Positions 16,614-27,284 of a DNA stretch of 64,000 nucleotides are shown piece by piece. The notes beneath the pieces are model-generated. The model had not been told where the DNA came from. It was given only the letters and a program-made list of their open reading frames with translations, and searched no databases. Source of the stretch: Guillardia theta CCMP2712 (Eukaryota > Protista > Cryptophyta); contig NW_005434646.1 of the NCBI RefSeq assembly GCF_000315625.1, positions 397,626 to 461,625 on the forward strand. Reading direction: 5' to 3'. Every line of letters begins with the position of its first letter. Within the stretch, counting starts at the first letter, position 1. Both the position numbers and the translations under genes were made by a program.

Positions 16614-17054
16614 ATGGCCTTCACAGTGCGAGAGGAGGGCAAGGGAAAGTTGGACAGAGAGGAAGAAAGATCTGCACGGAAGAGGGAAATGAATAGATTG
16701 AGGCAACAGAAGAAGAGGAGCTTGGAAAACGAGGAACAAAAATCTGCACGAAAAGCAAGCAATAGAATACGTCAAGTCAAGAAGAGGAGTATGGAAACAG
16801 AGTATGAACATTATGCGCGGGTGCAAGAACAACGATGGAGACAATTTAAATTGAGGAAGGCAAGGAGGGAAGAACGACCGGCGCACAAGCTTGGATTGCA
16901 ACACAGGCCTGACATGTCATTGACCAAAGACAACAATGGCATGGCATGCGATGAATCGCTGGATCAAGAGGCTGCACACAAGGAAGAACGACCGGCACGT
17001 CACAGTATGGAAGACGAAAGAGGTGAGGTGCCAGAGACTCAGTTCCGAAAGTAA
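16614..17054 (+). CDS. Small basic protein with STPR-like 23-aa repeats (similar to repeats found near Helitron Rep-helicase N-termini)
   Basis: 23-aa periodicity: KKRSLENEEQKSARKASNRIRQV / KKRSMETEYEHYARVQEQRWRQF, preceded by REEERSARKREMNRLRQQ; intronless. Confidence 0.55.
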   Translation: MAFTVREEGKGKLDREEERSARKREMNRLRQQKKRSLENEEQKSARKASNRIRQVKKRSMETEYEHYARVQEQRWRQFKLRKARREERPAHKLGLQHRPDMSLTKDNNGMACDESLDQEAAHKEERPARHSMEDERGEVPETQFRK

Positions 17055-17168
17055 AGGAATTCAATACTGTTTGACCCGATTCCTGAGCGAACATTGAGAG
17101 CCTCCTAGTAGCAAACAACCATCTCAGCCTTCTTGACTTCATACGATAAAACTCGAAAAACATCACTA

Positions 17169-18182
17169 TCACTGCCGGGGCCGCATGGACTGGCACAGAC
17201 GCCACACCTTGAACGCGTACTCGTTGAGCCTCCTCACGTCCTCGCCCTTCATCGCCTCCGGCAGCCCAGGGGGCAGAGGGACCTGCACGCCCAGCTCTCC
17301 TTCGCACGGCAGCAGGCAGGTGTAGAGCACGTTGCAGTAGGTGATGTAGTCCGCCAGCTTCTGCCGGCTCCTGCAGTCCCTCAGCTTCAGCCTCTTCGGG
17401 CAGATGGCGTCCCATGCATACATCATAAACTTGTCTCTGATCCCAGGCCTCTCCTGCTCGCTCGAGATGCTGGCCGCAAGCTCCGCCGCCCTCCCGACTC
17501 GCCGGAGAAGCTCCGCTCGCTGCTCCGCCGTGGCTGCATTCCCTTGTCGATAGCCCTCGCAGGCCCTGGGCTCAAGCTGCTCAAGCTCGCGGCTCATCTG
17601 GATCCCAGCCGAGTCGCACACCTTCTTGGCGCAGTCCCAGATGCACTGGTAGTACACGCAGACGGGCCGGATGTCGTCGACCCTGCTGTGAACCTTCTTG
17701 GAGACCTTGAGCAGCGACCCAAGCTTCCACACGATCTTCTTCCTCCTCCGCTCCAACGCCCTCTCGCCCTCTCCTCGCTGCCTCTTGACCGGTGCGTCTA
17801 CGGAGGGAGCAGTGTAGCCGTCGACAAGCGGGCGCTTCTTGAGGATAGGCTTCCTGGTGTCGATCAAGGCCGGGTAGGCGGCGGGCGCGGCGGGCGCGGC
17901 ATCCCCGTCTCTGCCAGCAAGGAAGTCTCTGAAGCTCGCGGGGTCGGTGATGTCGAGCACGGCTGCTGAGGTGTCAGATATCGGCCTGGCGAGCGCAGCG
18001 CAGCGATCCAAAGTCGCAAGGGCGTCGGAGTAGCTGGTCGGCGGAGGGCAGCAGGGTGCTGCGGAGGGTGCTGGGGCAGGGGGGCAGGGCATCGCTACTT
18101 GTCGTAGCATAGGAGGAGGCATGATGGAGACGGTCTGCACGGGCAGTCTGTCTTGTTGGCTCGGGCGTGTTGTATAAGGCAT
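17169..18182 (-). CDS. Orphan Cys-rich, NLS-bearing protein, array copy 1 (337 aa, distinct C-terminus)
   Basis: Intact ORF; Pro/Ala-rich N-terminus; KKRP...KRQR and RRRKK basic clusters; ends MRPRQ*. Confidence 0.65.
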   Translation of the reverse strand: MPYTTRPSQQDRLPVQTVSIMPPPMLRQVAMPCPPAPAPSAAPCCPPPTSYSDALATLDRCAALARPISDTSAAVLDITDPASFRDFLAGRDGDAAPAAPAAYPALIDTRKPILKKRPLVDGYTAPSVDAPVKRQRGEGERALERRRKKIVWKLGSLLKVSKKVHSRVDDIRPVCVYYQCIWDCAKKVCDSAGIQMSRELEQLEPRACEGYRQGNAATAEQRAELLRRVGRAAELAASISSEQERPGIRDKFMMYAWDAICPKRLKLRDCRSRQKLADYITYCNVLYTCLLPCEGELGVQVPLPPGLPEAMKGEDVRRLNEYAFKVWRLCQSMRPRQ

Positions 18183-19139
18183 GTCAGGGACGGCGTCAAC
18201 AGCAGGGACCCTGGACTCCTTTTGTAGGCTTTCGAGTCCCTCCCCCTACCCCCTACCTCTACCCCCTACCCCCTCTCGGTCTCCGTACCCCTATGCTCGA
18301 TCGCGCTCGAGGGCTAGTACCCTCTCTGAACCATGATGTCCATCATATCTGGACGGGTACAGCTTCATCTACCCTACCCTCTTCTTGACTCTTGCTTCCC
18401 CCTACCCCGTAGTCACTAGGATCGGAGTTCGTGGTTGCCCACCCACAAACTCGCACAAGCTCGACGGGAGCAGGAGGAGCAAACGAGGGCAACCGGGAGA
18501 GGAGTAAAGGAAGCAAGACGGCAGGAGCATCCGATGAGGCACGGAAAGCAAGAGCAAGCGTACAGCAACAGACAGCAACAGCGCATCAACTGCAACTGCC
18601 GAAAGCCTATGCTCATCTCAAGTCTACATGTCTAGGTCCACTGCAGGTGCAAAGCTCATCCGTGTGCGACCATAAGCGGACGGTAAGAGCATGCGCAGAA
18701 GCAGAAGCAGTCCTGCGCAAGTGCAACGCTCCATCGCAAAGTGCGTCAGCAGCAGCTAGCTGTGATCGGAGACCAACAGCACCCCAAAGTAGTCTCATAC
18801 TAGAGGCTGCTTTACTGTTTTATCATAGGGGATCAGATCATTCCGCTTCTCCAGAGACCTCGGAGCACACAAAGACGCGGTCTAGCTCGCTTTGTCCTAG
18901 ACATGGCAGCCTGGTGGGGACTTGCTTGCTCTCAGCCGAGAGATCGTTGACGTGTCGCTCGGCACAGACATGCTCGTACACGCCGACGCAGAGGCTTCAA
19001 GAGGTCGTTCACGTACAGGCGTCAATGCAAGATCGTCTCGGAGACACTGGAGACCTAGCGCCTCTGCCTTGGACTGACGGCCAGGCCCTCGGAGGCTCAC
19101 CTCCTCCTCGGGCGCATAACAAGATGCCCTCCCTCCCTC

Positions 19140-20180
19140 TCAGCCTCTCAGCGACCGCCTCCCCATGTCCTCCGGGGGCCGCATTGACTGGCACAGACGC
19201 CACACCTTGAACGCGTACTCGTTGAGCCTCCTCACGTCCTCGCCCTTCATCGCCTCCGGCAGCCCAGGGGGCAGAGGGACCTGCACGCCCAGCTCTCCTT
19301 CGCACGGCAGCAGGCAGGTGTAGAGCACGTTGCAGTAGGTGATGTAGTCCGCCAGCTTCTGCCGGCTCCTGCAGTCCCTCAGCTTCAGCCTCTTCGGGCA
19401 GATGGCGTCCCATGCATACATCATAAACTTGTCTCTGATCCCAGGCCTCTCCTGCTCGCTCGAGATGCTGGCCGCAAGCTCCGCCGCCCTCCCGACTCGC
19501 CGGAGAAGCTCCGCTCGCTGCTCCGCCGTGGCTGCATTCCCTTGTCGATAGCCCTCGCAGGCCCTGGGCTCCAGCTGCTCAAGCTCGCGGCTCATCTGGA
19601 TCCCAGCCGAGTCGCACACCTTCTTGGCGCAGTCCCAGATGCACTGGTAGTACACGCAGACGGGCCGGATGTCGTCGACCCTGCTGTAAACCTTCTTGGA
19701 GACCTTGAGCAGCGACCCAAGCTTCCACACGATCTTCTTCCTCCTCCGCTCCAACGCCCTCTCGCCCTCTCCTCGCTGCCTCTTGACCGGTGCGTCTGCG
19801 GAGGGAGCAGTGTAGCCGTCGACAAGCGGGCGCTTCTTGAGGATAGGCTTCCTGGTGTCGATCAAGGCCGGGTAGGCGGCGGGCGCGGCGGGCGCGGCAT
19901 CCCCGTCTCTGCCAGCAAGGAAGTCTCTGAAGCTCGCGGGGTCGGTGATGTCGAGCACGGCTGCTGAGGTGTCAGATATCGGCCTGGCGAGCGCAGCGCA
20001 GCGATCCAAAGTCGCAAGGGCGTCGGAGTAGCTGGTCGGCGGAGGGCAGCAGGGTGCTGCGGAGGGTGCTGGGGCAGGGGGGCAGGGCATCGCTACTGGT
20101 CGTAGCATAGGAGGAGGCATGATGGAGACGGTCTGCACGGGCAGTCTGTCTTGTTGGCTCGGGCGTGTTGTATAAGGCAT
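19140..20180 (-). CDS. Orphan protein, array copy 2 (346 aa)
   Basis: Intact ORF nearly identical to the other copies. Confidence 0.65.
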   Translation of the reverse strand: MPYTTRPSQQDRLPVQTVSIMPPPMLRPVAMPCPPAPAPSAAPCCPPPTSYSDALATLDRCAALARPISDTSAAVLDITDPASFRDFLAGRDGDAAPAAPAAYPALIDTRKPILKKRPLVDGYTAPSADAPVKRQRGEGERALERRRKKIVWKLGSLLKVSKKVYSRVDDIRPVCVYYQCIWDCAKKVCDSAGIQMSRELEQLEPRACEGYRQGNAATAEQRAELLRRVGRAAELAASISSEQERPGIRDKFMMYAWDAICPKRLKLRDCRSRQKLADYITYCNVLYTCLLPCEGELGVQVPLPPGLPEAMKGEDVRRLNEYAFKVWRLCQSMRPPEDMGRRSLRG

Positions 20181-21137
20181 GTCAGGGACGGCGTCAACAG
20201 CAGGGACCCTGGACTCCTTTTGTAGGCTTTCGAGTCCCTCCCCCTACCCCCTACCTCTACCCCCTACCCCCTCTCGGTCTCCGTACCCCTATGCTCGATC
20301 GCGCTTGAGGGCTAGTACCCTCTCTGAACCATGATGTCCATCATATCTGGACGGGTACAGCTTCATCTACCCTACCCTCTTCTTGACTCTTGCTTCCCCC
20401 TACCCCGTAGTCACTAGGATCGGAGTTCGTGGTTGCCCACCCACAAACTCGCACAAGCTCGACGGGAGCAGGAGGAGCAAACGAGGGCAACCGGGAGAGG
20501 AGTAAAGGAAGCAAGACGGCAGGAGCATCCGATGAGGCACGGAAAGCAAGAGCAAGCGTACAGCAACAGACAGCAACAGCGCATCAACTGCAACTGCCGA
20601 AAGCCTATGCTCATCTCAAGTCTACATGTCTAGGTCCACTGCAGGTGCAAAGCTCATCCGTGTGCGACCATAAGCGGACGGTAAGAGCATGCGCAGTTGC
20701 AGAAGCAGTCCTGCGCAAGTGCCACGCTCCATCGCAAAGTGCGTCAGCAGCAGCTAGCTGTGATCGGAGACCAACAGCACCCCAAAGTAGTCTCATACTA
20801 GAGGCTGCTTTACTGTTTTATCATAGGGGATCAGATCATTCCGCTTCTCCAGAGACCTCGGAGCACACAAAGACGCGGTCTAGCTCGCTTTGTCCTAGAC
20901 ATGGCAGCCTGGTGGGGACTTGCTTGCTCTCAGCCGAGAGATCGTTGACGTGTCGCTCAGCACAGACATGCTCGTACACGCCGACGCAGAGGCTTCAAGA
21001 GGTCGTTCACGTACAGGCGTCAATGCAAGATCGTCTCGGAGACACTGGAGACCTAGCGCCTCTGCCTTGGACTGACGGCCAGGCCCTCGGAGGCTCACCT
21101 CCTCCTCGGGCGCATAACAAGATGCCCTCCCTCCCTC

Positions 21138-22178
21138 TCAGCCTCTCAGCGACCGCCTCCCCATGTCCTCCGGGGGCCGCATTGACTGGCACAGACGCCA
21201 CACCTTGAACGCGTACTCGTTGAGCCTCCTCACGTCCTCGCCCTTCATCGCCTCCGGCAGCCCAGGGGGCAGAGGGACCTGCACGCCCAGCTCTCCTTCG
21301 CACGGCAGCAGGCAGGTGTAGAGCACGTTGCAGTAGGTGATGTAGTCCGCCAGCTTCTGCCGGCTCCTGCAGTCCCTCAGCTTCAGCCTCTTCGGGCAGA
21401 TGGCGTCCCATGCATACATCATAAACTTGTCTCTGATCCCAGGCCTCTCCTGCTCGCTCGAGATGCTGGCCACAAGCTCCGCCGCCCTCCCGACTCGCCG
21501 GAGAAGCTCCGCTCGCTGCTCCGCCGTGGCTGCATTCCCTTGTCGATAGCCCTCGCAGGCCCTGGGCTCAAGCTGCTCAAGCTCGCGGCTCATCTGGATC
21601 CCAGCCGAGTCGCACACCTTCTTGGCGCAGTCCCAGATGCACTGGTAGTACACGCAGACGGGCCGGATGTCGTCGACCCTGCTGTAAACCTTCTTGGAGA
21701 CCTTGAGCAGCGACCCAAGCTTCCACACGATCTTCTTCCTCCTCCGCTCCAACGCCCTCTCGCCCTCTCTTCGCTGCCTCTTGACCGGTGCGTCTACGGA
21801 GGGAGCAGTGTAGCCGTCGACAAGCGGGCGCTTCTTGAGGATAGGCTTCCTGGTGTCGATCAAGGCCGGGTAGGCGGCGGGCGCGGCGGGCGCGGCATCC
21901 CCGTCTCTGCCAGCAAGGAAGTCTCTGAAGCTCGCGGGGTCGGTGATGTCGAGCACGGCTGCTGAGGTGTCAGATATCGGCCTGGCGAGCGCAGCGCAGC
22001 GATCCAAGGTCGCAAGGGCGTCGGAGTAGCTGGTCGGCGGAGGGCAGCAGGGTGCTGCGGAGGGCGCTGGGGCAGGGGGGCAGGGCATCGCTACTGGTCG
22101 TAGCATAGGAGGAGGCATGATGGAGACGGTCTGCACGGGCAGTCTGTCTTGTTGGCTCGGGCGTGTTGTATGCGGCAT
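21138..22178 (-). CDS. Orphan protein, array copy 3 (346 aa)
   Basis: Intact ORF nearly identical to the other copies. Confidence 0.65.
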   Translation of the reverse strand: MPHTTRPSQQDRLPVQTVSIMPPPMLRPVAMPCPPAPAPSAAPCCPPPTSYSDALATLDRCAALARPISDTSAAVLDITDPASFRDFLAGRDGDAAPAAPAAYPALIDTRKPILKKRPLVDGYTAPSVDAPVKRQRREGERALERRRKKIVWKLGSLLKVSKKVYSRVDDIRPVCVYYQCIWDCAKKVCDSAGIQMSRELEQLEPRACEGYRQGNAATAEQRAELLRRVGRAAELVASISSEQERPGIRDKFMMYAWDAICPKRLKLRDCRSRQKLADYITYCNVLYTCLLPCEGELGVQVPLPPGLPEAMKGEDVRRLNEYAFKVWRLCQSMRPPEDMGRRSLRG

Positions 22179-23133
22179 GTCAGGGACGGCGTGAACAGCA
22201 GGGACCCTGGACTCCTTTTGTAGGCTTTCGAGTCCCTCCCCCTACCCCCTACCTCTACCCTACCCCCTCTCGGTCTCCGTACCCCTATGCTCGATCGCGC
22301 TTGAGGGCTAGTACCCTCTCTGAACCATGATGTCCATCATATCTGGACGGGTACAGCTTCATCTACCCTACCCTCTTCTTGACTCTTGCTTCCCCCTACC
22401 CCGTAGTCACTAGGATCGGAGTTCGTGGTTGCCCACCCACAAACTCGCACAAGCTCGACGGGAGCAGGAGGAGCAAACGAGGGCAACCGGGAGAGGAGTA
22501 AAGGAAGCAAGACGGCAGGAGCATCCGATGAGGCACGGAAAGCAAGAGCAAGCGTACAGCAACAGACAGCAACAGCGCATCAACTGCAACTGCCGAAAGC
22601 CTATGCTCATCTCAAGTCTACATGTCTAGGTCCACTGCAGGTGCAAAGCTCATCCGTGTGCGACCATAAGCGGACGGTAAGAGCATGCGCAGAAGCAGAA
22701 GCAGTCCTGCGCAAGTGCAACGCTCCATCGCAAAGTGCGTCAGCAGCAGCTAGCTGTGATCGGAGACCAACAGCACCCCAAAGTAGTCTCATACTAGAGG
22801 CTGCTTTACTGTTTTATCATAGGGGATCAGATCATTCCGCTTCTCCAGAGACCTCGGAGCACACAAAGACGCGGTCTAGCTCGCTTTGTCCTAGACATGG
22901 CAGCCTGGTGGGGACTTGCTTGCTCTCAGCCGAGAGATCGTTGACGTGTCGCTCGGCACAGACATGCTCGTACACGCCGACGCAGAGGCTTCAAGAGGTC
23001 GTTCACGTACAGGCGTCAATGCAAGATCGTCTCGGAGACACTGGAGACCTAGCGCCTCTGCCTTGGACTGACGGCCAGGCCCTCGGAGGCTCACCTCCTC
23101 CTCGGGCGCATAACAAGATGCCCTCCCTCCCTC

Positions 23134-24174
23134 TCAGCCTCTCAGCGACCGCCTCCCCATGTCCTCCGGGGGCCGCATTGACTGGCACAGACGCCACACC
23201 TTGAACGCGTACTCGTTGAGCCTCCTCACGTCCTCGCCCTTCATCGCCTCCGGCAGCCCAGGGGGCAGAGGGACCTGCACGCCCAGCTCTCCTTCGCACG
23301 GCAGCAGGCAGGTGTAGAGCACGTTGCAGTAGGTGATGTAGTCCGCCAGCTTCTGCCGGCTCCTGCAGTCCCTCAGCTTCAGCCTCTTCGGGCAGATGGC
23401 GTCCCATGCATACATCATAAACTTGTCTCTGATCCCAGGCCTCTCCTGCTCGCTCGAGATGCTGGCCGCAAGCTCCGCCGCCCTCCCGACTCGCCGGAGA
23501 AGCTCCGCTCGCTGCTCCGCCGTGGCTGCATTCCCTTGTCGATAGCCCTCGCAGGCCCTGGGCTCAAGCTGCTCAAGCTCGCGGCTCATCTGGATCCCAG
23601 CCGAGTCGCACACCTTCTTGGCGCAGTCCCAGATGCACTGGTAGTACACGCAGACGGGCCGGATGTCGTCGACCCTGCTGTGAACCTTCTTGGAGACCTT
23701 GAGCAGCGACCCAAGCTTCCACACGATCTTCTTCCTCCTCCGCTCCAACGCCCTCTCGCCCTCTCCTCGCTGCCTCTTGACCGGTGCGTCTACGGAGGGA
23801 GCAGTGTAGCCGTCGACAAGCGGGCGCTTCTTGAGGATAGGCTTCCTGGTGTCGATCAAGGCCGGGTAGGCGGCGGGCGCGGCGGGCGCGGCATCCCCGT
23901 CTCTGCCAGCAAGGAAGTCTCTGAAGCTCGCGGGGTCGGTGATGTCGAGCACGGCTGCTGAGGTGTCAGATATCGGCCTGGCGAGCGCAGCGCAGCGATC
24001 CAAAGTCGCAAGGGCGTCGGAGTAGCTGGTCGGCGGAGGGCAGCAGGGTGCTGCGGAGGGCGCTGGGGCAGGGGGGCAGGGCATCGCTACTGGTCGTAGC
24101 ATAGGAGGAGGCATGATGGAGACGGTCTGCACGGGCAGTCTGTCTTGTTGGCTCGGGCGTGTTGTATAAGGCAT
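23134..24174 (-). CDS. Orphan protein, array copy 4 (346 aa)
   Basis: Intact ORF nearly identical to the other copies. Confidence 0.65.
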   Translation of the reverse strand: MPYTTRPSQQDRLPVQTVSIMPPPMLRPVAMPCPPAPAPSAAPCCPPPTSYSDALATLDRCAALARPISDTSAAVLDITDPASFRDFLAGRDGDAAPAAPAAYPALIDTRKPILKKRPLVDGYTAPSVDAPVKRQRGEGERALERRRKKIVWKLGSLLKVSKKVHSRVDDIRPVCVYYQCIWDCAKKVCDSAGIQMSRELEQLEPRACEGYRQGNAATAEQRAELLRRVGRAAELAASISSEQERPGIRDKFMMYAWDAICPKRLKLRDCRSRQKLADYITYCNVLYTCLLPCEGELGVQVPLPPGLPEAMKGEDVRRLNEYAFKVWRLCQSMRPPEDMGRRSLRG

Positions 24175-25139
24175 GTCAGGGACGGCGTCAACAGCAGGGA
24201 CCCTGGACTCCTTTTGTAGGCTTTCGAGTCCCTCCCCCTACCACCTACCTCTACCCCCTACCCCCTCTCGGTCTCCGTACCCCTATGCTCGATCGCGCTT
24301 GAGGGCTAGTACCCTCTCTGAACCATGATGTCCATCATATCTGGACGGGTACAGCTTCATCTACCCTACCCTCTCCTTGACTCTTGCTTCCCCCTACCCC
24401 GTAGTCACTAGGATCGGAGTTCGTGGTGCCACCCACAAACTCGCACAAGCTCGACGGGAGCAGGAGGAGCAAACGAGGGCAACCGGGAGAGGAGTAAAGG
24501 AAGCAAGACGGCAGGAGCATCCGATGAGGCACGGAAAGCAAGAGCAAGTGTACAGCAACAGACAGCAACAGACAGCAACAGCGCATCAACTGCAACTGCC
24601 GAAAGCCTATGCTCATCTCAAGTCTACATGTCTAGGTCCACTGCAGGTGCAAAGCTCATCCGTGTGCGACCATAAGCGGACGGTAAGAGCATGCGCAGAA
24701 GCAGAAGCAGTCCTGCGCAAGTGCAACGCTCCATCGCAAAGTGCGTCAGCAGCAGCTAGCTGTGATCGGAGACCAACAGCACCCCAAAGTAGTCTCATAC
24801 TAGAGGCTGCTTTACTGTTTTATCATAGGGGATCAGATCATTCCGCTTCTCCAGAGACCTCGGAGCACACAAAGACGCGGTCTAGCTCGCTTTGTCCTAG
24901 ACATGGCAGCCTGGTGGGGACTTGCTTGCTCTCAGCCGAGAGATCGTTGACGTGTCGCTCAGCACAGACATGCTCGTACACGCCGACGCAGAGGCTTCAA
25001 GAGGTCGTTCACGTACAGGCGTCAATGCAAGATCGTCTCGGAGACACTGGAGACCTAGCGCCTCTGCCTTGGACTGACGGCCAGGCCCTCGGAGGCTCAC
25101 CTCCTCCTCGGGCGCATAACAAGATGCCCTCCCTCCCTC

Positions 25140-26180
25140 TCAGCCTCTCAGCGACCGCCTCCCCATGTCCTCCGGGGGCCGCATTGACTGGCACAGACGC
25201 CACACCTTGAACGCGTACTCGTTGAGCCTCCTCACGTCCTCGCCCTTCATCGCCTCCGGCAGCCCAGGGGGCAGAGGGACCTGCACGCCCAGCTCTCCTT
25301 CGCACGGCAGCAGGCAGGTGTAGAGCACGTTGCAGTAGGTGATGTAGTCCGCCAGCTTCTGCCGGCTCCTGCAGTCCCTCAGCTTCAGCCTCTTCGGGCA
25401 GATGGCGTCCCATGCATACATCATAAACTTGTCTCTGATCCCAGGCCTCTCCTGCTCGCTCGAGATGCTGGCCGCAAGCTCCGCCGCCCTCCCGACTCGC
25501 CGGAGAAGCTCCGCTCGCTGCTCCGCCGTGGCTGCATTCCCTTGTCGATAGCCCTCGCAGGCCCTGGGCTCCAGCTGCTCAAGCTCGCGGCTCATCTGGA
25601 TCCCAGCCGAGTCGCACACCTTCTTGGCGCAGTCCCAGATGCACTGGTAGTACACGCAGACGGGCCGGATGTCGTCGACCCTGCTGTGAACCTTCTTGGA
25701 GACCTTGAGCAGCGACCCAAGCTTCCACACGATCTTCTTCCTCCTCCGCTCCAACGCCCTCTCGCCCTCTCCTCGCTGCCTCTTGACCGGTGCGTCTACG
25801 GAGGGAGCAGTGTAGCCGTCGACAAGCGGGCGCTTCTTGAGGATAGGCTTCCTGGTGTCGATCAAGGCCGGGTAGGCGGCGGGCGCGGCGGGCGCGGCAT
25901 CCCCGTCTCTGCCAGCAAGGAAGTCTCTGAAGCTCGCGGGGTCGGTGATGTCGAGCACGGCTGCTGAGGTGTCAGATATCGGCCTGGCGAGCGCAGCGCA
26001 GCGATCCAAGGTCGCAAGGGCGTCGGAGTAGCTGGTCGGCGGAGGGCAGCAGGGTGCTGCGGAGGGCGCTGGGGCAGGGGGGCAGGGCATCGCTACTGGT
26101 CGTAGCATAGGAGGAGGCATGATGGAGACGGTCTGCACGGGCAGTCTGTCTTGTTGGCTCGGGCGTGTTGTATAAGGCAT
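25140..26180 (-). CDS. Orphan protein, array copy 5 (346 aa)
   Basis: Intact ORF nearly identical to the other copies. Confidence 0.65.
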   Translation of the reverse strand: MPYTTRPSQQDRLPVQTVSIMPPPMLRPVAMPCPPAPAPSAAPCCPPPTSYSDALATLDRCAALARPISDTSAAVLDITDPASFRDFLAGRDGDAAPAAPAAYPALIDTRKPILKKRPLVDGYTAPSVDAPVKRQRGEGERALERRRKKIVWKLGSLLKVSKKVHSRVDDIRPVCVYYQCIWDCAKKVCDSAGIQMSRELEQLEPRACEGYRQGNAATAEQRAELLRRVGRAAELAASISSEQERPGIRDKFMMYAWDAICPKRLKLRDCRSRQKLADYITYCNVLYTCLLPCEGELGVQVPLPPGLPEAMKGEDVRRLNEYAFKVWRLCQSMRPPEDMGRRSLRG

Positions 26181-26437
26181 GTCAGGGACGGCGTGAACAG
26201 CAGGGACCCTGGACTCCTTTTGTAGGCTTTCGAGTTTTTTAGCTGTGCAAAAGGAAAAGCAATTCAGTTATTGGTGGATATATCAACATCACAATATAGA
26301 TTCATGTCAATCTATCGTTAGGGTTTAGAATATTCAAAACAGTGTTGTGATGAGAAAACTTCGCTCTCGTTTCATTCTTCGAATCAAGCTTCTCCCGTTC
26401 TCAAACTGGACTTCTCACCGTTTTCAGCGACTGTTAC

Positions 26438-26790
26438 GCTATGCTTGATCGCGTCTGGGGGCTGGCCTTACTTGATCTTTTCATACATCGCTATGGTGTT
26501 TGTAAGGTGCATGCTTGTTACATGTCTGCTCTATGCAATAACAGGCGAAAAGAATACACTACCAAAGCAAGTATAATGATGAGACCAGCACCCTTCCAAG
26601 CAAATACGTCTCATACGAAAAGCTGCTTTACTTTCGTATCATAAATGACCACACTTCCGCTAATCCGGAGACCTCAGAGCACACAAGGTACACGGTCTAG
26701 CTCGTTTTGTCAAAACGAGCTAGACTAACCCTCTGAGACTAGAGATGTCAGTCTCGTGGGGACTTGCTTACTCTCGACCAAGAGCTTGTA
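26438..26790. repeat. Diverged homolog of the array spacer, containing a perfect 15-bp-arm hairpin (26695-26725)
   Basis: Blocks shared with the spacer: ctatgct.gatcgcg, gtctcatac, gctgctttact, ttccgct, gagacctc.gagcacaca, cggtctagctcg.tttgtc, gtggggacttgctt.ctctc. Hairpin gtctagctcgttttg-t-caaaacgagctagac. Confidence 0.85.
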
Positions 26791-27284
26791 GAGAAAGGCT
26801 CGTTAGTTTCAGATGCTCTCTCAGTCTGCCATGGATCAAGAAGGGTTGGGTTCCTGGTCCCAGGATCTCCCTTACGGTGAAAAATTTTGTGGTGTTTGCC
26901 TCCTACCCACTCTGAAGTTGTACCCCTTCATACTCGTAACCCTCTGATTGACTGCCTAGTACCCCAGATACTCCTTTGGGGTAGTTGACCCCTACCCATT
27001 GTTTGCCCGGTTTCCTTGGCCCTCGAGTTTTAGACGATCGTGGCTGGATTAAAAGTTTATTGGTCTCTGTAATTACGTATTTTATTATTAAAATCCATAG
27101 TTTGAAAGGGAAATATATTGTTTAAATATACAAAAGCTAGCGATCTTCTAATCTTATTCCTTAGACACATCTGTACCATGAAAATCGTAAATCAATTTAT
27201 TTTTGTACCCATAGTCTATAATAATTGTTTTGGTCAAAATGTATTCGAACTTCCCGCCATCACGCCACTACTCCTTCATCAACG

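Larger units (their letters stand above)
17175..26235. repeat. Tandem array, unit ~2.0 kb (1998/1998/1996/2006 bp): 5 gene copies and 4 spacers, near-identical
   Basis: ORF starts at 18182, 20180, 22178, 24174, 26180; identity ends at ...gctttcgagt (26235) and ...ccggggccgcat (~17175). Confidence 0.97.

Noticed and set aside
18528-18552. Hammerhead ribozyme core (ccgatgag...gaaa) in the spacer
   Set aside because: CUGAUGA is mismatched and no stem II/III pairing could be built.
18431-19210. Plus-strand 259-aa spacer ORF as a second gene
   Set aside because: Non-ATG start, the N-terminus is altered by indels in the fourth spacer, and the diverged homolog at 26.4-26.8 kb does not keep a frame.
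17175-26235. CRISPR-like array or tandem LTR/TRIM retrotransposon
   Set aside because: Spacers are near-identical and kb-sized; no TG...CA ends, PBS/PPT or TSD recognised.
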